Origin: Octopus sinensis
Taxonomy: Eukaryota
DNA: 64,000 nt
Direction: 5' to 3'
NCBI RefSeq assembly: GCF_006345805.1
Contig: NC_043024.1
Coordinates: 124,001 to 188,000, forward strand
Position numbers and translations under genes: made by a program. Positions 11,811 through 26,603 of the stretch are shown here, in pieces (positions within the stretch are counted from its first letter, which is position 1; the number at the start of each line of letters is the position of its first letter). Below the pieces are notes generated by a model that searched no databases, was not told the origin of the DNA, and worked only from the letters and a program-made list of their open reading frames with translations.

Positions 11811-12219
11811 CAGCAACAACGTCTTTATAACTAATTCCATAGAACCATAAGAACGGGATGTTTTGAGACTTGGGATTAAAACGGTCCCCCAAATATGATA
11901 AATACAATTAATGATTCATAAAACTGAAATATTCAATGGCGGTGGTTTGGGTGGGCTCCGTTGGAGCGCGGACGAAATATCTTGCTTTTCGGTGTTTCAG
12001 TTTTGGTTCTTTATGCTCCAAATTCAAAACCCGGTACACTACACAGAATGGGGATGTGGGTGAAACAAAGCACTAGAGATGTACTGAGGTTTAAACGATC
12101 CTCAACATACATAAAATATTTGTGGCTTTGTGCCTTAGTTATATATCAATACATACATACATACATACATACATACATACAACATACATACATACATATA
12201 TGTATATATATATATTATA

Positions 12220-12262
<43 letters not shown>

Positions 12263-12473
12263 GTGCGTTTCTATATATATAAATATTCATAATATATGTC
12301 TCTCTCTCTCTACTCTCTGTCTCTCTCTATATATATATGTGTGTGTGTGTGTGAGTATATATATTAGATATATATATATATGTATATATATATATACACA
12401 CATACATATATATAAACACACATGTGTCTACACACGCATATATATGCATATATATATGTATATATATATGTAC

Positions 12474-12523
<50 letters not shown>

Positions 12524-12727
12524 ATAGTATCAGGGTAATAAAAATTATTGAAATTTTTACTACTAGTGGCCTAGCATACAAAAACATTAGTCTATATATA
12601 TATATATAATATATATACAAAAATATAGTCTACATATATATATAAAACATCAACATATATCTGAAGCACAGGGTTAATAACTCATAGCCGAAAATATTAT
12701 TTCGACAATATTTGCGGCGTGACATTG

Positions 12728-12775
<48 letters not shown>

Positions 12776-12801
12776 TAATAATAACAAAACAATAACATAA
12801 C

Positions 12802-12876
<75 letters not shown>

Positions 12877-13387
12877 TCCATCTATATTTTAAGCGATTGT
12901 TGTTATTTTTTTCTTATTTTCTAATTACGAAACGCAAATAGCTTCCAGCGTTTATGCATTTTATTTTCGTCCCGCCATTTATTATTTATTTATTTATTTA
13001 TTTATAATGTTATTTATTTATCACTTTATTCATTTATTTCATAGCTTCCATTTCATTTCCCAATTATTGTTAAGAGAAGACAAAACAATAGGATAAGGAT
13101 TTAAATTCTGCTTAGCAACGTAGTATTATTGCATATATAAAAAAAGAGGAGAAATATCATAATAAGAAAACAAATGTTTTTAAAAAATATTTTTAGATAG
13201 GATTGACAATTTCTGAATTATTATTACAGATAAATTGTATTATCTTTACTATTACTTACTTTCAAACTACACCGAGATCAACTTTACCCTTTACTCCGAG
13301 GTAGATAAAAGCAATTTCAGTTAAAAGTACTTGTGTCGAGATTTATCGACTGACCCTTTTTCCTCAAAGCTGCTGGTCTTCTGCCTA

Positions 13388-13432
<45 letters not shown>

Positions 13433-13435
13433 TAT

Positions 13436-13746
13436 TCTATGTTTGACTTTTGCTTTATATTTGTACAAGTTGGCTCCAAGTCTCACCCAGAGACCTCAAG
13501 AGAGACAACAGGGTTGAAAGTTCATGTTGTTGTTATGCCTAGTGTGCCATATATTTGGTTTTGTATTTAGTGTCTTTTGTCTTGTACTAGTGAATGTTTA
13601 AAAAAAAACATACGAAATTATGTTTGTATTAAAACTTGAGATACATAGAAAGTATTTTGCGTAGGATATGAGCAGTTAATTATTTATATATATTATTATT
13701 ATTATTATTATTTATTATTATATTATTATTATTATTATCATTATTA

Positions 13747-13790
<44 letters not shown>

Positions 13791-14240
13791 TCATTATTAG
13801 TAGTAGTATTAGTATTAGTATTGTTATCGGTGTTCAATATTTGGTAGTTTCAGGCAAATTTCTACTACATTCCCTGCTACACCTCCGTGTTTCTAGAGGA
13901 TACACAGTATTGCGTGTTCTTTTTTGTTTCTAGGGAAGTCCAAACTTTTCCCGGTATTGTATTGAGTCAGTGTCTTTTGTTATGGGGTCTGGTGCAGTTT
14001 TTGTTGTATTAGCGTTTATATTATGTGTAGTGCGTTGGGTGTACGGATTGCTGGTGGTTATTTATTTTATTGAATATTTTCTATATAGAGTGTGTCTTGT
14101 GTTTGTGGATTGTCTTGTTTGGGTTGTGTTATTGAATTGATAGTATCTTGCCTCGGATGTAGGCTGTACCTTACAGAGATATTTTTTCGACAGTGTGTAG
14201 TGTTGAGGGTCCAGGTATAGCTTCTACATTTTTGTTTACC
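13436..14240 (-). mobile_element. Probable LINE 3-prime fragments inserted in (TAA)n
   Basis: Non-microsatellite blocks bracketed by (TAT)n, consistent with (TAA)n-targeting R4/Dong elements (inference). Confidence 0.4.
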
Positions 14241-14712
14241 ATAATCATCATCATCATCATCATCATCATCGTCGTCGTCGTCATCATCATCATCATCGTC
14301 ATCATCATTATTATTATTATTAAGGCGGCGAGCTGGGAGAAACGTTAGCACGCCGGGTGAAATGCTCAGTGGTATTTCGTCTGCCGCTACGTTCCGCCGA
14401 GGTCGACTTTGCCTTTCATCCTTTCGGGGTCGATTAAATAAGTACCAGTTACTGGGGTCGATATAATCGACTTATTCCGTTTGTCTGTCCTTGTTTGTCC
14501 CTTCTGTGTTTAGCCCCTTGTGGGTAGTAAAGAAATAGGTATTTCAGCTGTCCTTACGTTCTTAGTTCAAATTCCGCCGAGGTCAACGTTGCCTTTCATC
14601 CTTTCGGAGTCGTTAAATTAAGTGCCAGTAAAACACTAGGGTCGATGCAATCGACTAGTCCCCTCTCCCCAAAGTTTTAGAAAGGATTATTATTATTATT
14701 ATTATTATTATT

Positions 14713-14758
<46 letters not shown>

Positions 14759-15276
14759 GTTGAAAGCAGTGGAATGACCGAATCGTCAGCACGTCGAGTA
14801 AAGCACCTAATGGATTTTCTTCCAGGTCTTTACTTTCTGGGTTCAAGTCACGCTGAGGTTAACTTTGCCTTTCGTCGTTTATAGGTAGATAAAATGAAGT
14901 ACCAGTCAAATACTGCGGTCGATGTAATTAACTAATACCTCACCACCCCACAGACCTGCTCGGCTTGTCCATAACACAGAAACAATATTTTAACGTATAG
15001 TGCTCGTTACCACAGTTTTTAACACACACACACAAGCACATATAAATATATATATATATAATTAGGGTTCAGCAAAAATGCTTTACCACACACCGAACTT
15101 TTAGAAATAGCAGCCAAGAATTAGCTATTTCCTCTACTTTAAGAAGAGTCTCCAGATAATGTATACTCAAAAACATTACACGTAGGTATAGAGGACAAAA
15201 AAAATGAAAGTTCACTCGAAAGATAATTAATTCGTGAACGCATTTTGGGATAGTTAGATATATATATATATATATT

Positions 15277-15384
<108 letters not shown>

Positions 15385-15390
15385 TATATA

Positions 15391-15433
<43 letters not shown>

Positions 15434-15503
15434 AGAATGCACTCACCCACACACGCACATACATACGCACATACATACGCATATATTTAAACGTTATATA
15501 TAT

Positions 15504-15604
<101 letters not shown>

Positions 15605-16117
15605 AAGAGAGTCGGACAGACAGTTAGACGAATAGATAGATAACATGCTTTGTTTTTTTTTAATTTCCAACTGTAACAAATAGGCGAAGATAAATTAGCC
15701 ATATGCGTTAGACAGACTAATTACATGTATTTAATTAATCATTATACTTCATCAAAACTGCACGTATGTGATATGTTTATTTATCGAATATTTAAACATG
15801 GCCAGTTAATATTGTTGTTGCTGTTGTTACTGTTTCCCGTGCGTATATCTGGTTCCAAACACGTGAATGTGATGAAAATATATTTAAAATGTTGCTGGAA
15901 CATCGTTCTTCATATGTCAAAGGCTCTGTAATAATAATATTATTAGGTAGGAAAATTGTGGTGCTTTTAGTTGTATATTATATAACAAACAAACTGTATA
16001 GGTTTGACATGTAATAATAATTTACTCGGTATTGAACCACAAAATTCTATGCAAAAAAGGTACCTCCTCATATATATAATATATATATATATGCATCATT
16101 TTGTTAATATTTTGTTA

Positions 16118-16261
16118 TTTTTAGTCGGCAGAAGGTTCAATAGGAGTGATTAAAGGACCGGGAGTTTTGTATATTATACTTATCAAACTGTTACCTTGAT
16201 ATTTGCTATGCGCGAAAATTTTGGCCCGTTATCACTTTAGTGGCTTTAAGCCGACTAAAAA
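16118..16261. mobile_element. Small MITE-like element
   Basis: 12-bp perfect TIR TTTTTAGTCGGC / GCCGACTAAAAA. Confidence 0.5.
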
Positions 16262-16286
16262 ACGAAATCGCATAATTATGTGCATG

Positions 16287-16348
<62 letters not shown>

Positions 16349-16358
16349 CATACATACA

Positions 16359-16394
<36 letters not shown>

Positions 16395-16667
16395 TATTAT
16401 ATGTATATATATATATATATTATATGTATATATATACATGTATGTAGGTAGGTATGTATGTAGGCATGTATGTGTGTATATATATACTTAAATGTCGATC
16501 AATGAGGATCAGTGCTCAACACCGCATTGGTGCATAAAATTTCTTTATTAGGAGTACCATTGGTTTTATGTAAAAAAAATATCTTAACAAATTTTCAAGC
16601 CGATCGCTAGGAGGAGCATTTCGTCTCCATTTCGGATGAAAACGTGTGTATATATGTGTATATATAC

Positions 16668-16698
<31 letters not shown>

Positions 16699-17651
16699 AA
16701 TATATATATATATATGTAAAGAGCGTTCGTAATAAATCTAATAATGACAAATATCTTTCGAATCGAAGAAAAGGAAACAGAAATATCTGTTTGAGATATT
16801 TCTTATAAATAAATAAAACATAAATTTCGATAATTATTCTTTGTGGAAATCGATTACTTTTGATCGACAATTAATCCCCAAAGTATTTAATAACAAAAGT
16901 CGACAACCCCCACCCCGGTTATTTCAAATGAGCGTCTTTAAAAAGTGTTGTGATGGCGGAAGGTAATGGCGCTGAAGCCTTGCCTGACATAATTTGAAAC
17001 TGTGCCTGGGCACTCACTTATATTCGCCCTCACTCTCTTTGTTTCAAATCCTTATAGGGGATTCGTGCTGCATTTGAATAAATATATGAAGGTTACGAGA
17101 GACGGAAATAGGGAAATCTTTGCGGTTCACCTCTCTCTCGTATTTGTGATGAAAATATCCAACGGAGAAAGAAACAAAAACAAAATCAATTCCAGACTAA
17201 TAATTACATTATTAATTATTTGCGGATTAAATTAAGCAGCTAGTTTGTTTTTATGTATATTTATTCTTTTTTAGTCTTTCATGTGACGGAATTTGAAGAA
17301 GACATTACAAATACAAACCTGTCACGCGCCACAATATTCATCTAAAATAAAATGAAGTTCGTAAATCGACTGGATTTTGCGCATTTGACTACAAATTTTA
17401 CCAGGCGCTGGCATGGCTGTGTAGTTACGCTTGCTTTGCGACCACGTGATTTCCGGTCCAATTCCACTGTGCGGCAACTGCTTGGTCAAGTGTCTTCTAC
17501 AATAGCTCCTTGTCTTGTGAGTGAATTTCGTAGAAGGAAACTGTTCTTGTCATGTATACTCACATAATATACATATATATATATATATATAATATACATC
17601 ATATATATGTATGTATATAGTTATATATATATATACGTATGTATATATACT

Positions 17652-17683
<32 letters not shown>

Positions 17684-17742
17684 TATATATAATATATATA
17701 TATTATATATATATATATATATATAATATATATATCTATATA

Positions 17743-17804
<62 letters not shown>

Positions 17805-17820
17805 TATGTATGTAGATATA

Positions 17821-17879
<59 letters not shown>

Positions 17880-18372
17880 GTAAGTAGCCATGAGTCTTTG
17901 TATTTCTTCCCCTCCACTTCTTGACAGTGGAGTAAGACTAGACTTTTTAAGTCGGTGCCACAGCAGTGCCGCAGTCGAATGACCGATATAAGTAAAACAA
18001 AAAATGAAAAGAAAAAGAAAGAAAATTTTTTTTGTCGATCAAGACTTTCACTAGTTTTCTCAGATTTCTTTTTATTTCTTTATAATTTTATTTCCGACAA
18101 ACAAACAATTATTTTTTTTAAATATATAAAATACTACATCAATAATTTATTTTAAAAGCTAACAACTTGTTGTTAATTATTAATTATCGAAGTTTCCTTA
18201 TTATGCAAACAACAATTATAAATACTCAATGACGACATCAGTAAAGATCTGATTTAATTTTTTGGGTTGAATTTATTGATGGGAAATTGCGTTACATTTT
18301 GATTTTAATACTTAACCGTAAACTAAAAGCATTTAATGGTATTCTTGAAAAATAAAATGAAATGAAATGAAA

Positions 18373-18587
18373 TACTGTAATTTTCGACATACATGTCGAT
18401 CTAGTATATAGATGAAACATGTAGTAGAAACATTCAAACATTGTCACTATTTGTTCCAAATCCTGCTATATTTCACGCGGGGTCTTCGATCCTTCAAATT
18501 AGTCTTGGCGTATAAGCCGATTTACTTTCTTTTTTGGTTGTAAATTATGGTTTCAAAAATTCCGCTTGCCTGCCGGAAAACATGGTA
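18373..18587. mobile_element. pogo/Tigger-type MITE
   Basis: TACTGTAATTTTCGAC ... GCCGGAAAACATGGTA ends, internal GGCGTATAAGCCGA subterminal repeat, TA at both ends. Confidence 0.6.
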
Positions 18588-18944
18588 ATCGAACAGTAAT
18601 GATTCAAAACCTCGAAATATTTCTTGTAGACGAACAGAGGTTTAATATTTCATTTTTCCTAAAACTCGCTGTTCGCAAAACGTAAAACATTTTAGAAAAT
18701 TTTCGCACTGTATACGAAGATAAAGTGACTAAAATATGTCTATTTTTTTAATCGCACGAGAAGTAAAACAATGTTATGCGTGATTCGAATAATCCTCCAT
18801 TTTTGGATAGTCGTGATTTGTTATGAATATTATTATACCAGTAATATACTGAGGCCATTATAACCAACCATTGCTGCTCGCCCCAGATTTCTGGCGTTCT
18901 TGCCTTTGTAAAATTTATTGTTTTGTTGTTGTTGTTGTTGTTGT

Positions 18945-19008
<64 letters not shown>

Positions 19009-19205
19009 TCATATGCCCTGATGGGGTGCCAGGCAGTGGCTCCCATGGCTTCTGATCTTAACTGATTGGAAGTATTATCATGTACGATTTATCTTTGTCT
19101 TTCATCCTTTCTGTGACAATAAAACAGGTTACAGTTAAGTACAAGGAGTGATGTAATAGACGTCCAAATTAAAAGTGGTCGTCATTATTATTATTATTAT
19201 TATTA

Positions 19206-19245
<40 letters not shown>

Positions 19246-20011
19246 AATAATAATATGATAATAAAAATAATAATAATAATATTATTACTATCATTATTTT
19301 TCTATTGTTATTATTATTATTATTGTTATTATTAATATTATTGTTGTTGTTGTTACTAAGGTGGCGAGTTGGCAGAATCGTTAGCACGCCGAGCAAAATG
19401 CTTAGCGGCCTTTCGTCCGTCTTCACGTTCTGAGATCAAAATTTCGCCGAGGTCGATTTTGCCTTTCATCCTTCCAGGATCAATGAAATGAGTACCAGCT
19501 GAGTGCTGGGGGTCGATGTAAACGATATACCTCCTTCCCCGAAATTGCTGGCCTTGTGCGAATATTTAAAATTTACTACTACTACTACTAATATTACTAG
19601 TGAGCTGACAGTGCCTGACAGCGAACATCTGACGCAATAGTTCTGGTCAGCTCTGGACAGGTGAAAAGCAAAAATGCCTTCAGCTGGATTTGAACTCAGA
19701 ACGTAGAAGACTGTAACAAATACTGTGAGCTATTTTATCTGACTCTTTACTGCTACGAAAATGATGATGATGAGGAGGAGGAGGATAAATATATTAAGCA
19801 TTAGTTTTAGTAAAGTTATCAATCCTGCTAACTTATGACATACAAATATTTACGCACGCACGCACACACACACACACATACACACAACACACACAAACAC
19901 ACACATATATGTATCGATAGAAACATATACGCATATATATGCATATACATAAATGCATAAATACGTATATATATATATGATTTTGTGTATAAAATATAAA
20001 AACTATAAACG

Positions 20012-20042
<31 letters not shown>

Positions 20043-20858
20043 CATATTAATTAACTTTCGTAAAGTAATCGATCCTGCTATATTATCGTATATATACATG
20101 CCTACATACATAGGAACATACATACATGCATACATACATACATACATACATACATACATACATACATACTACATACACACATACATACATACATACATAC
20201 ATACATACATACATACATACATACATACATACATGTATATATGTATGTATACACGAAAATTGTCTTTGTTATTGTTTTGAAAATTCTATATTATTAAACA
20301 CGGTGTTGTAAATTTAACCCCCCACACACACACACACACACACACATACATACACAAAAGTTAATTTTGAAAGCTTGTACCTGATTGATTATGTAAGAAA
20401 CCTATGGTAGCAAAATTTAAATCATTGTATTTGATGTTTAGTATTTGCAGCACAGTAGCAAAGTTGTAAAAGCCGCAAATTTAAACTTTTGAAATGTTTA
20501 TATATAAATATATATTATACACAATGTAAATTCGGCTTCCTATGGTACGAAGTATAATGTAATGTATTTGTTGCTCTGACTGTCCATAATGCCATAATCG
20601 AAGCGATGAAATAGAAAATTACAAGCTTTGCTATTAAAATGAAAAACAGTCGTAAGAGTTATAAATTTGCCACTGGTTGTACGGAAAACAACGTCTAGAC
20701 ATACAAGTTCTCGTTTCGTATTATTATATAAATATATTTTTCTACTACCAATTAATACTATGTAACATCGTTAAGATGTAAACAAAGCAAAAAAAAAGCA
20801 CATTAAACAACTCTTTTTTTACTTTTCTTCCCGTAAGAAAACACGAACCCTTCTAGGA

Positions 20859-21125
20859 CAACATTCTCCAGTCTCTTTCGCACCACGGACTGGTTCCATG
20901 CAAGACAATTTTTCCATGGGCTGAAGGTTCACATACATAACAAAACATAATAAATTACTTAACATATTAATTATCACAAATGTAATTGATATATTATCCA
21001 TTATGAATTTTATTTCGACTCTTATTAGATTAGAATATGTATAATACAAACCAAAATTTTGATAATTATTATTTCTGTGCGGCCCGGTACCAAATGATCC
21101 AAAACCCGGCGGATGGGGACCCCTG
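20859..21125 (+). mobile_element. hAT-Charlie MITE (MER1-like)
   Basis: Ends in GGGGACCCCTG; 8-bp TSD TTCTAGGA/TTCTAGGG; internal GCACCACGGACTGGTTCCATGCAAGACAATTTTTCCA. Confidence 0.75.
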
Positions 21126-21743
21126 TTCTAGGGTATCGAATAATGTTCTGTTGTTATGTTGTTTTATTTTAAATTTCATTATCAAATAATTTCCAATGTT
21201 TAATTTCGCCTTTTTATTTCTTAAAACATCTGAAGTTAAAATCAAAAACACAGCGGAATTATTTGTTAAAAGAAAAAAAAAAAGACACAAGACCTCTTTG
21301 AAAAAAGAAATGGTGTACTTGATTCTTTTTCATTTTCAAAGATCCACTTCATTACCCTCCATTTATTTGAAAAATAAGATATGCAATTGAATTTTTGTTT
21401 TTGTTTCTTTTCCACTTAAACTCCAACCCTTATCATTGTGTGTTCAGTTTCGTCAACGGATTTTTTTTATATAATTGTAAACGTCTTGATGTGAAGATAC
21501 GTGGCGTAGTGATCAGCCTCTTGGCGTCACGATTCTCACATGTCATGAGTTCAATTTCCGGATTGGGTGACTTATTGTGTTCCTGGGCAAGGCACCCCAT
21601 TTCACCTCACTCCAGTCCATTCACACGGAAATCAGTTGAATCGCATAAATGCATGATATGAATGGTTATGATGAATAGAATACACTGGATGCATGGAAGT
21701 GCACACACACACATACACACACTGAGACAGAAAGATGTGTATT

Positions 21744-21788
<45 letters not shown>

Positions 21789-22168
21789 GAGTGAGAGAGA
21801 GAGAGAGAGAGGAGGGGGGGACGGAGAATTATTGAAGTGTAGCTTTGTATAAAGCGATAGTCTATACAGAAAAGGTAGTGAGTTAGCTGAATCATTGGAT
21901 CGCTGGATAAAATGCCTTATCGTTTTCATTCCAGTTGTAAATTGTGGGTTCGAGTCCGCCATCCATTACTCAACTTTGTTTTTATCTTTTCTTTGTCAAT
22001 AAAGAAAATACTAATCGAGAATGGTAAGAAATTTGCTTTCCAACCATATGGTTCTGGTTTCAGTACCATTGTGTGGAAACCTGGGTAAATGTCTTCCATG
22101 GCCCCGGGCTGATCAAAAGCCTTGTGAGTAGATTTGGTAGACAGAAACTGAAAGAAGCCCGTTGTGTG

Positions 22169-22209
<41 letters not shown>

Positions 22210-22305
22210 CTATATATATATATATATTATATTATAGATATATAGATAGATAGAGAGATAGATAGATAGATAGATAGATACATACATACATACATACATA
22301 CATAC

Positions 22306-22430
<125 letters not shown>

Positions 22431-22672
22431 GATGTGTTTTTGTTAGCCCCACCAGCACTTGACAACTGATACCGATTTGTTTGTGTCTCAAAAGAGACAG
22501 AATAAGTGCCAGGCTCAGAAAAAACTAAGTACTGGCGTCTATTTGTTCGAATGAAACTCATCAAGTCTGTGCCGTAGCATGGCCGCAGTCTAATGCCTGA
22601 AATAAAAATAAGAAATAAAAGTATTGGGGTAGATTATTCTCTTTTATCTCCCTCTCTTTCTTCTTCTCTCTC

Positions 22673-22772
22673 NNNNNNNNNNNNNNNNNNNNNNNNNNNN
22701 NNNNNNNNNNNNNNNNNNNNNNNNNNNNNNNNNNNNNNNNNNNNNNNNNNNNNNNNNNNNNNNNNNNNNNNN
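22673..22772. other. Assembly gap (100 N)
   Basis: Run of N. Confidence 1.
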
Positions 22773-23442
22773 TTCCTTGTAAGCCTAGCCCTTATTCTAT
22801 CGGATTCTTTTGTTGAACCACTAAGTTACAGGGACGTGAACACACTAACATCAATTGTCAAGCGGTGGTAGTGAGTGGGACAAAGACACACACACACATA
22901 AATATATACATATGTATACATATATATATATAGGTGTGTGTATATTCATGTAGATATACACAACGGGTTTCTTTCAGTTCCTGTCTACCAAATCCACTCC
23001 CAAAGCTTTGGTTGACCCAAGGCTATAGAAGAAGACGATTACCGAAGGTGCCATGCAGTGGGACTAAACTTTGAACCAAGTAGTTTGAAGCAAGCATCCT
23101 AGCCACGCCTATGAGTTATTATATTTTCTGCCAATTTATTGAAACTGTCAACACAGACAGAAAACACTGACTAATCATCTCTGAAGAGTTTGTTTCTCTA
23201 TCAATTGGTATGGTAACTGTGTGCTGAGAATGTAAAGTATATTTACAAAAGATACATCTTTTTATTGTCTTGTGTGTGCCAGCTGATGCTGCAGGGAAAT
23301 GATGTGAGAGAGTAAGAGAGGTGAAGTTGTGTGCGTGCAAGTGTTTGTGTGTGAGCATGTATGTGTGCACATGTATGTAAATTTTTGTGTGTGTAAGTAT
23401 GTGTGTGTACATAAGTGTATAACTGTGTGTGTGTGTATAGTA

Positions 23443-23831
23443 TTGTATTTCAGGATGGTCATTTTTTTTCTTGCCAAATAAACACACACACACTATATAT
23501 TTGTTCTTCACTCGTTTATTACTTTTCTTATTCTAATTTATGTCCATTGTCCGGAAATCTTTCCTCACACATCTGTGACCTCTTCAGGAACGCTTTCTGT
23601 GTTTGTGTGTGCTCTTGTTTCACTTATTCCATTCTCTGAGAATGGAATAAGCAGAGATAGAGCATACATGAACAGGGAAAGTGTTGCTGAAGAGGTCACA
23701 GATGTGTGAGGAAAGATTTCCGGTCAATGGAGATGAGTTAGAATAGAAACAGTAATAAACAAGTGAAGAACAAATATATTGAGCATGCCCTTATTTGACA
23801 AGGAATAACAAATGACCATCCCAAAATACAA
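23443..23831. repeat. Diverged fold-back inverted repeat (about 195-bp arms) with degenerate HHR-like core
   Basis: Centre CTTATTCCATTCTC-T-GAGAATGGAATAAG at 23637; CTGAAGA GG TCACA-gatg-TGTGA G GAAA at 23687-23714. Confidence 0.8.
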
Positions 23832-24039
23832 CAATATCTGTTTTAACAAAATTTCACATCAGGTATCTTGCAACACAGATTCATAAATGTATATATGTAT
23901 GTGTGTATATATATATATATTATAGTGGGGTAGGCCAGTAGTTTATGGGGTTACTTTGGGTTTCTTGCTCATAAAATCAGCCACTCATAGTATTCAAGAA
24001 CCTGGTAAAAGGTGTCAGTAGGAGGATTTCAAGCCTTTC

Positions 24040-24343
24040 CTCTAACATCAAGCCACTTAATTCCCTAGACTGCAACTCCCTTGATTATTATGTGTAGGGC
24101 GCAGTTGAATGAGAGACCAACAAAACTCTTTGTAACACCAAAGATGAACTGAAGGCACGGATTATGGCAGCATTCACCAACTTAAACAAGGAGACCGTCC
24201 AGAAGAGTTGCGGGAGATTCCAAAGTCATCTGGAGGATGTGGTTGAAGCCAATGGCAATTTAATTATTTTGTTGAATGAATTTACTCTTTAATATTTCAA
24301 AATATTTTCATGTAATTTTGGTAAATATCTCTGTTAAAATGAG
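24040..24343 (+). pseudogene. Tc1/mariner (maT/DD37D-like) transposase C-terminal remnant with right TIR
   Basis: PLNSLDCNSLDYYV*GAVE*ETNKTLCNTKDELKARIMAAF...CGRFQSHLEDVVEANG matches the WPPNSPDLNPLDY motif region; in-frame stops; ends CGCACCCTGT. Confidence 0.8.
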
Positions 24344-24858
24344 ATGTCAGTGTTATTTTCATTTTTGTGTAATTTAGACGACAATTTATTCACCGCACCC
24401 TGTGTATGTATATATATATATATATATATCTATATGCACACACAGACAGACAGGCAGATAGGTAGATACATTTACAGAGAATGTTAACCAGTCTCCATGG
24501 TAACATAGGCTAAAACTGCAATACCATCAACAATTTACTGTATCAAGTATTTTAACCAATTTCTAAGGATTCCAGTATTTACAAAATATTTCTTATTTCC
24601 TTTCATTCCTAACCATTCTTTCTTTCTTTCTTTCTTTCTCCCTTTCCTTCTTTCTTTCTCTCTCAGTTGAATGAGGTTTGATATTTTTCTTTTTTATATT
24701 TAGTTGCATTCTTGGCGCCTTTCTTTCTTTGTTTTTTCCTTTCTTCTTTATTGTCTTCTCTTACTCTTTCCTCAGATGAAGTCAAACAAACACACATACA
24801 CACACTTGTGCAGACTCACATGTGCAGACATCAACACATGTACACACACTCATACAGA

Positions 24859-24906
<48 letters not shown>

Positions 24907-26350
24907 ATATATTATATATATATATATATAGAGAGAGATAGAGAGAGAGAGAGAGAGATGCACACACATTCTCACATAGACACATCCACACTTATGCAGA
25001 TTGAAGTAGACTTGTGCACACACACAATTGGTGTAAACTCTTGTACACACACATGCACATACATACACACAAGCATGCATATGCACACATACACTTGTAT
25101 TGACTTCTGAGTGTGGACATCCATCCACTTACAATCAAACACACTTGTGAAGATTCAAGTAGAGACATGCGCACGCACGTGCACACATGCACTCACACAC
25201 TTATGCAGACTAAGGTAGACACACACACACACTAACATATGCATGCTTGTGCAAACTTATGTAGACATACACATAGATACTGATATGCACATACACACCA
25301 ATAAACATGCATACCAACATACATACATACACATACATGTCAGTATACACATACATATACATTCATACCAACATACACATTCATATACATACACATACAC
25401 ACACATACCAACATGCACATACATAAATATATACACCAGCGCATATATTCACAGAATGTATAGAGACCTAATCATGAATATTTTTAATGTGCACACACCA
25501 GCCATCTTGGTCCTGCATCTGTTGAGGGAGATTTACAGGAAGGCATCCAGCGTCTCAGGTGACTTGATCTACATATGTTGTGTTTGGATGACTTGCTCTA
25601 GTATGGCCATACTTTGGCATCCATAGCAGCAGGTCACTTGTCAGCTTTTGTTTATCTCCCCAGCAATGCCCCACAAGATGCGAGCACCTTTCCCTTATAT
25701 TGTTGGACCCAAACTGGAGATCTCCTTACAGCTGTTTTGTGGTGGGATGAGTTTTACAAGACATGCTTAAGACTAATGAGATATGTTGAAAAACAACAAA
25801 TCTGTTTGGTTCAATCACCATTATCCGATCTGGAGGAGGGGGGGTCTTCTGCTGGCTAGAAATAGCAGTCAAGTTTTCTTCAAACTATACCTGTTCTTCT
25901 GAAAAAAGCACACGTTAAAAAATATAGTGCTACATATGTGACCACATGGCCAACAAAACTCTTTGATGTTGTTATACATCACTGGTCACAATGCGCTTTG
26001 CCTCATTTTAGATTTTGAATGACACCATCCTGCTGAAAGGGGGTATTGGAGCAATGTGAAATGAAGCATTTTGCTGAAGAACACAATGCACCACCCAGTT
26101 TGGGAATCGAACCCACAGCCTAGCTGTCATGAGTGCAGCAGCCTAACCACTAGGCCATGTACCTTCTCAATGCTATGTATACTATGACTAAATGAAAGAG
26201 GTATGGTCGTTTTTGGAATGTTGTTGATCCTAGATCTTCTTGATCAGGTTGATTCAGGGCTAAAAAATGATGACGGTGACAACAGCAACAACAACAACTT
26301 TTTTAAATCGAATCCTTCCTCCTTTATTTTAAAGACAGAATGATATGACT

Positions 26351-26603
26351 TGAGGGATATTTTTGCTTCTGTTTCTAGCAGGGTGAACAATAACAAGACA
26401 GAGGCTCCCTCATTAGCTTCACAAAACAGAAACTTGATATAATATTTGTATTATTGATATTTGTGAGACCAATAACAATTCTGAGAGATATTTTGGCTTC
26501 TGTTTCTTGCAGGTTAAAGAACAACACAAAGGTTCCTTCATTAGTATCTCAGACAGACACTTGACATATTTTTGTATTATTAATATTTGTGAGACCAACA
26601 ACA
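26351..26603. repeat. Diverged tandem duplication (about 125 bp x2)
   Basis: 26351-26477 aligns with 26482-26603. Confidence 0.8.

Noticed and set aside
20819-21049. 76-aa minus-strand ORF
   Set aside because: Lies mostly inside the hAT MITE.
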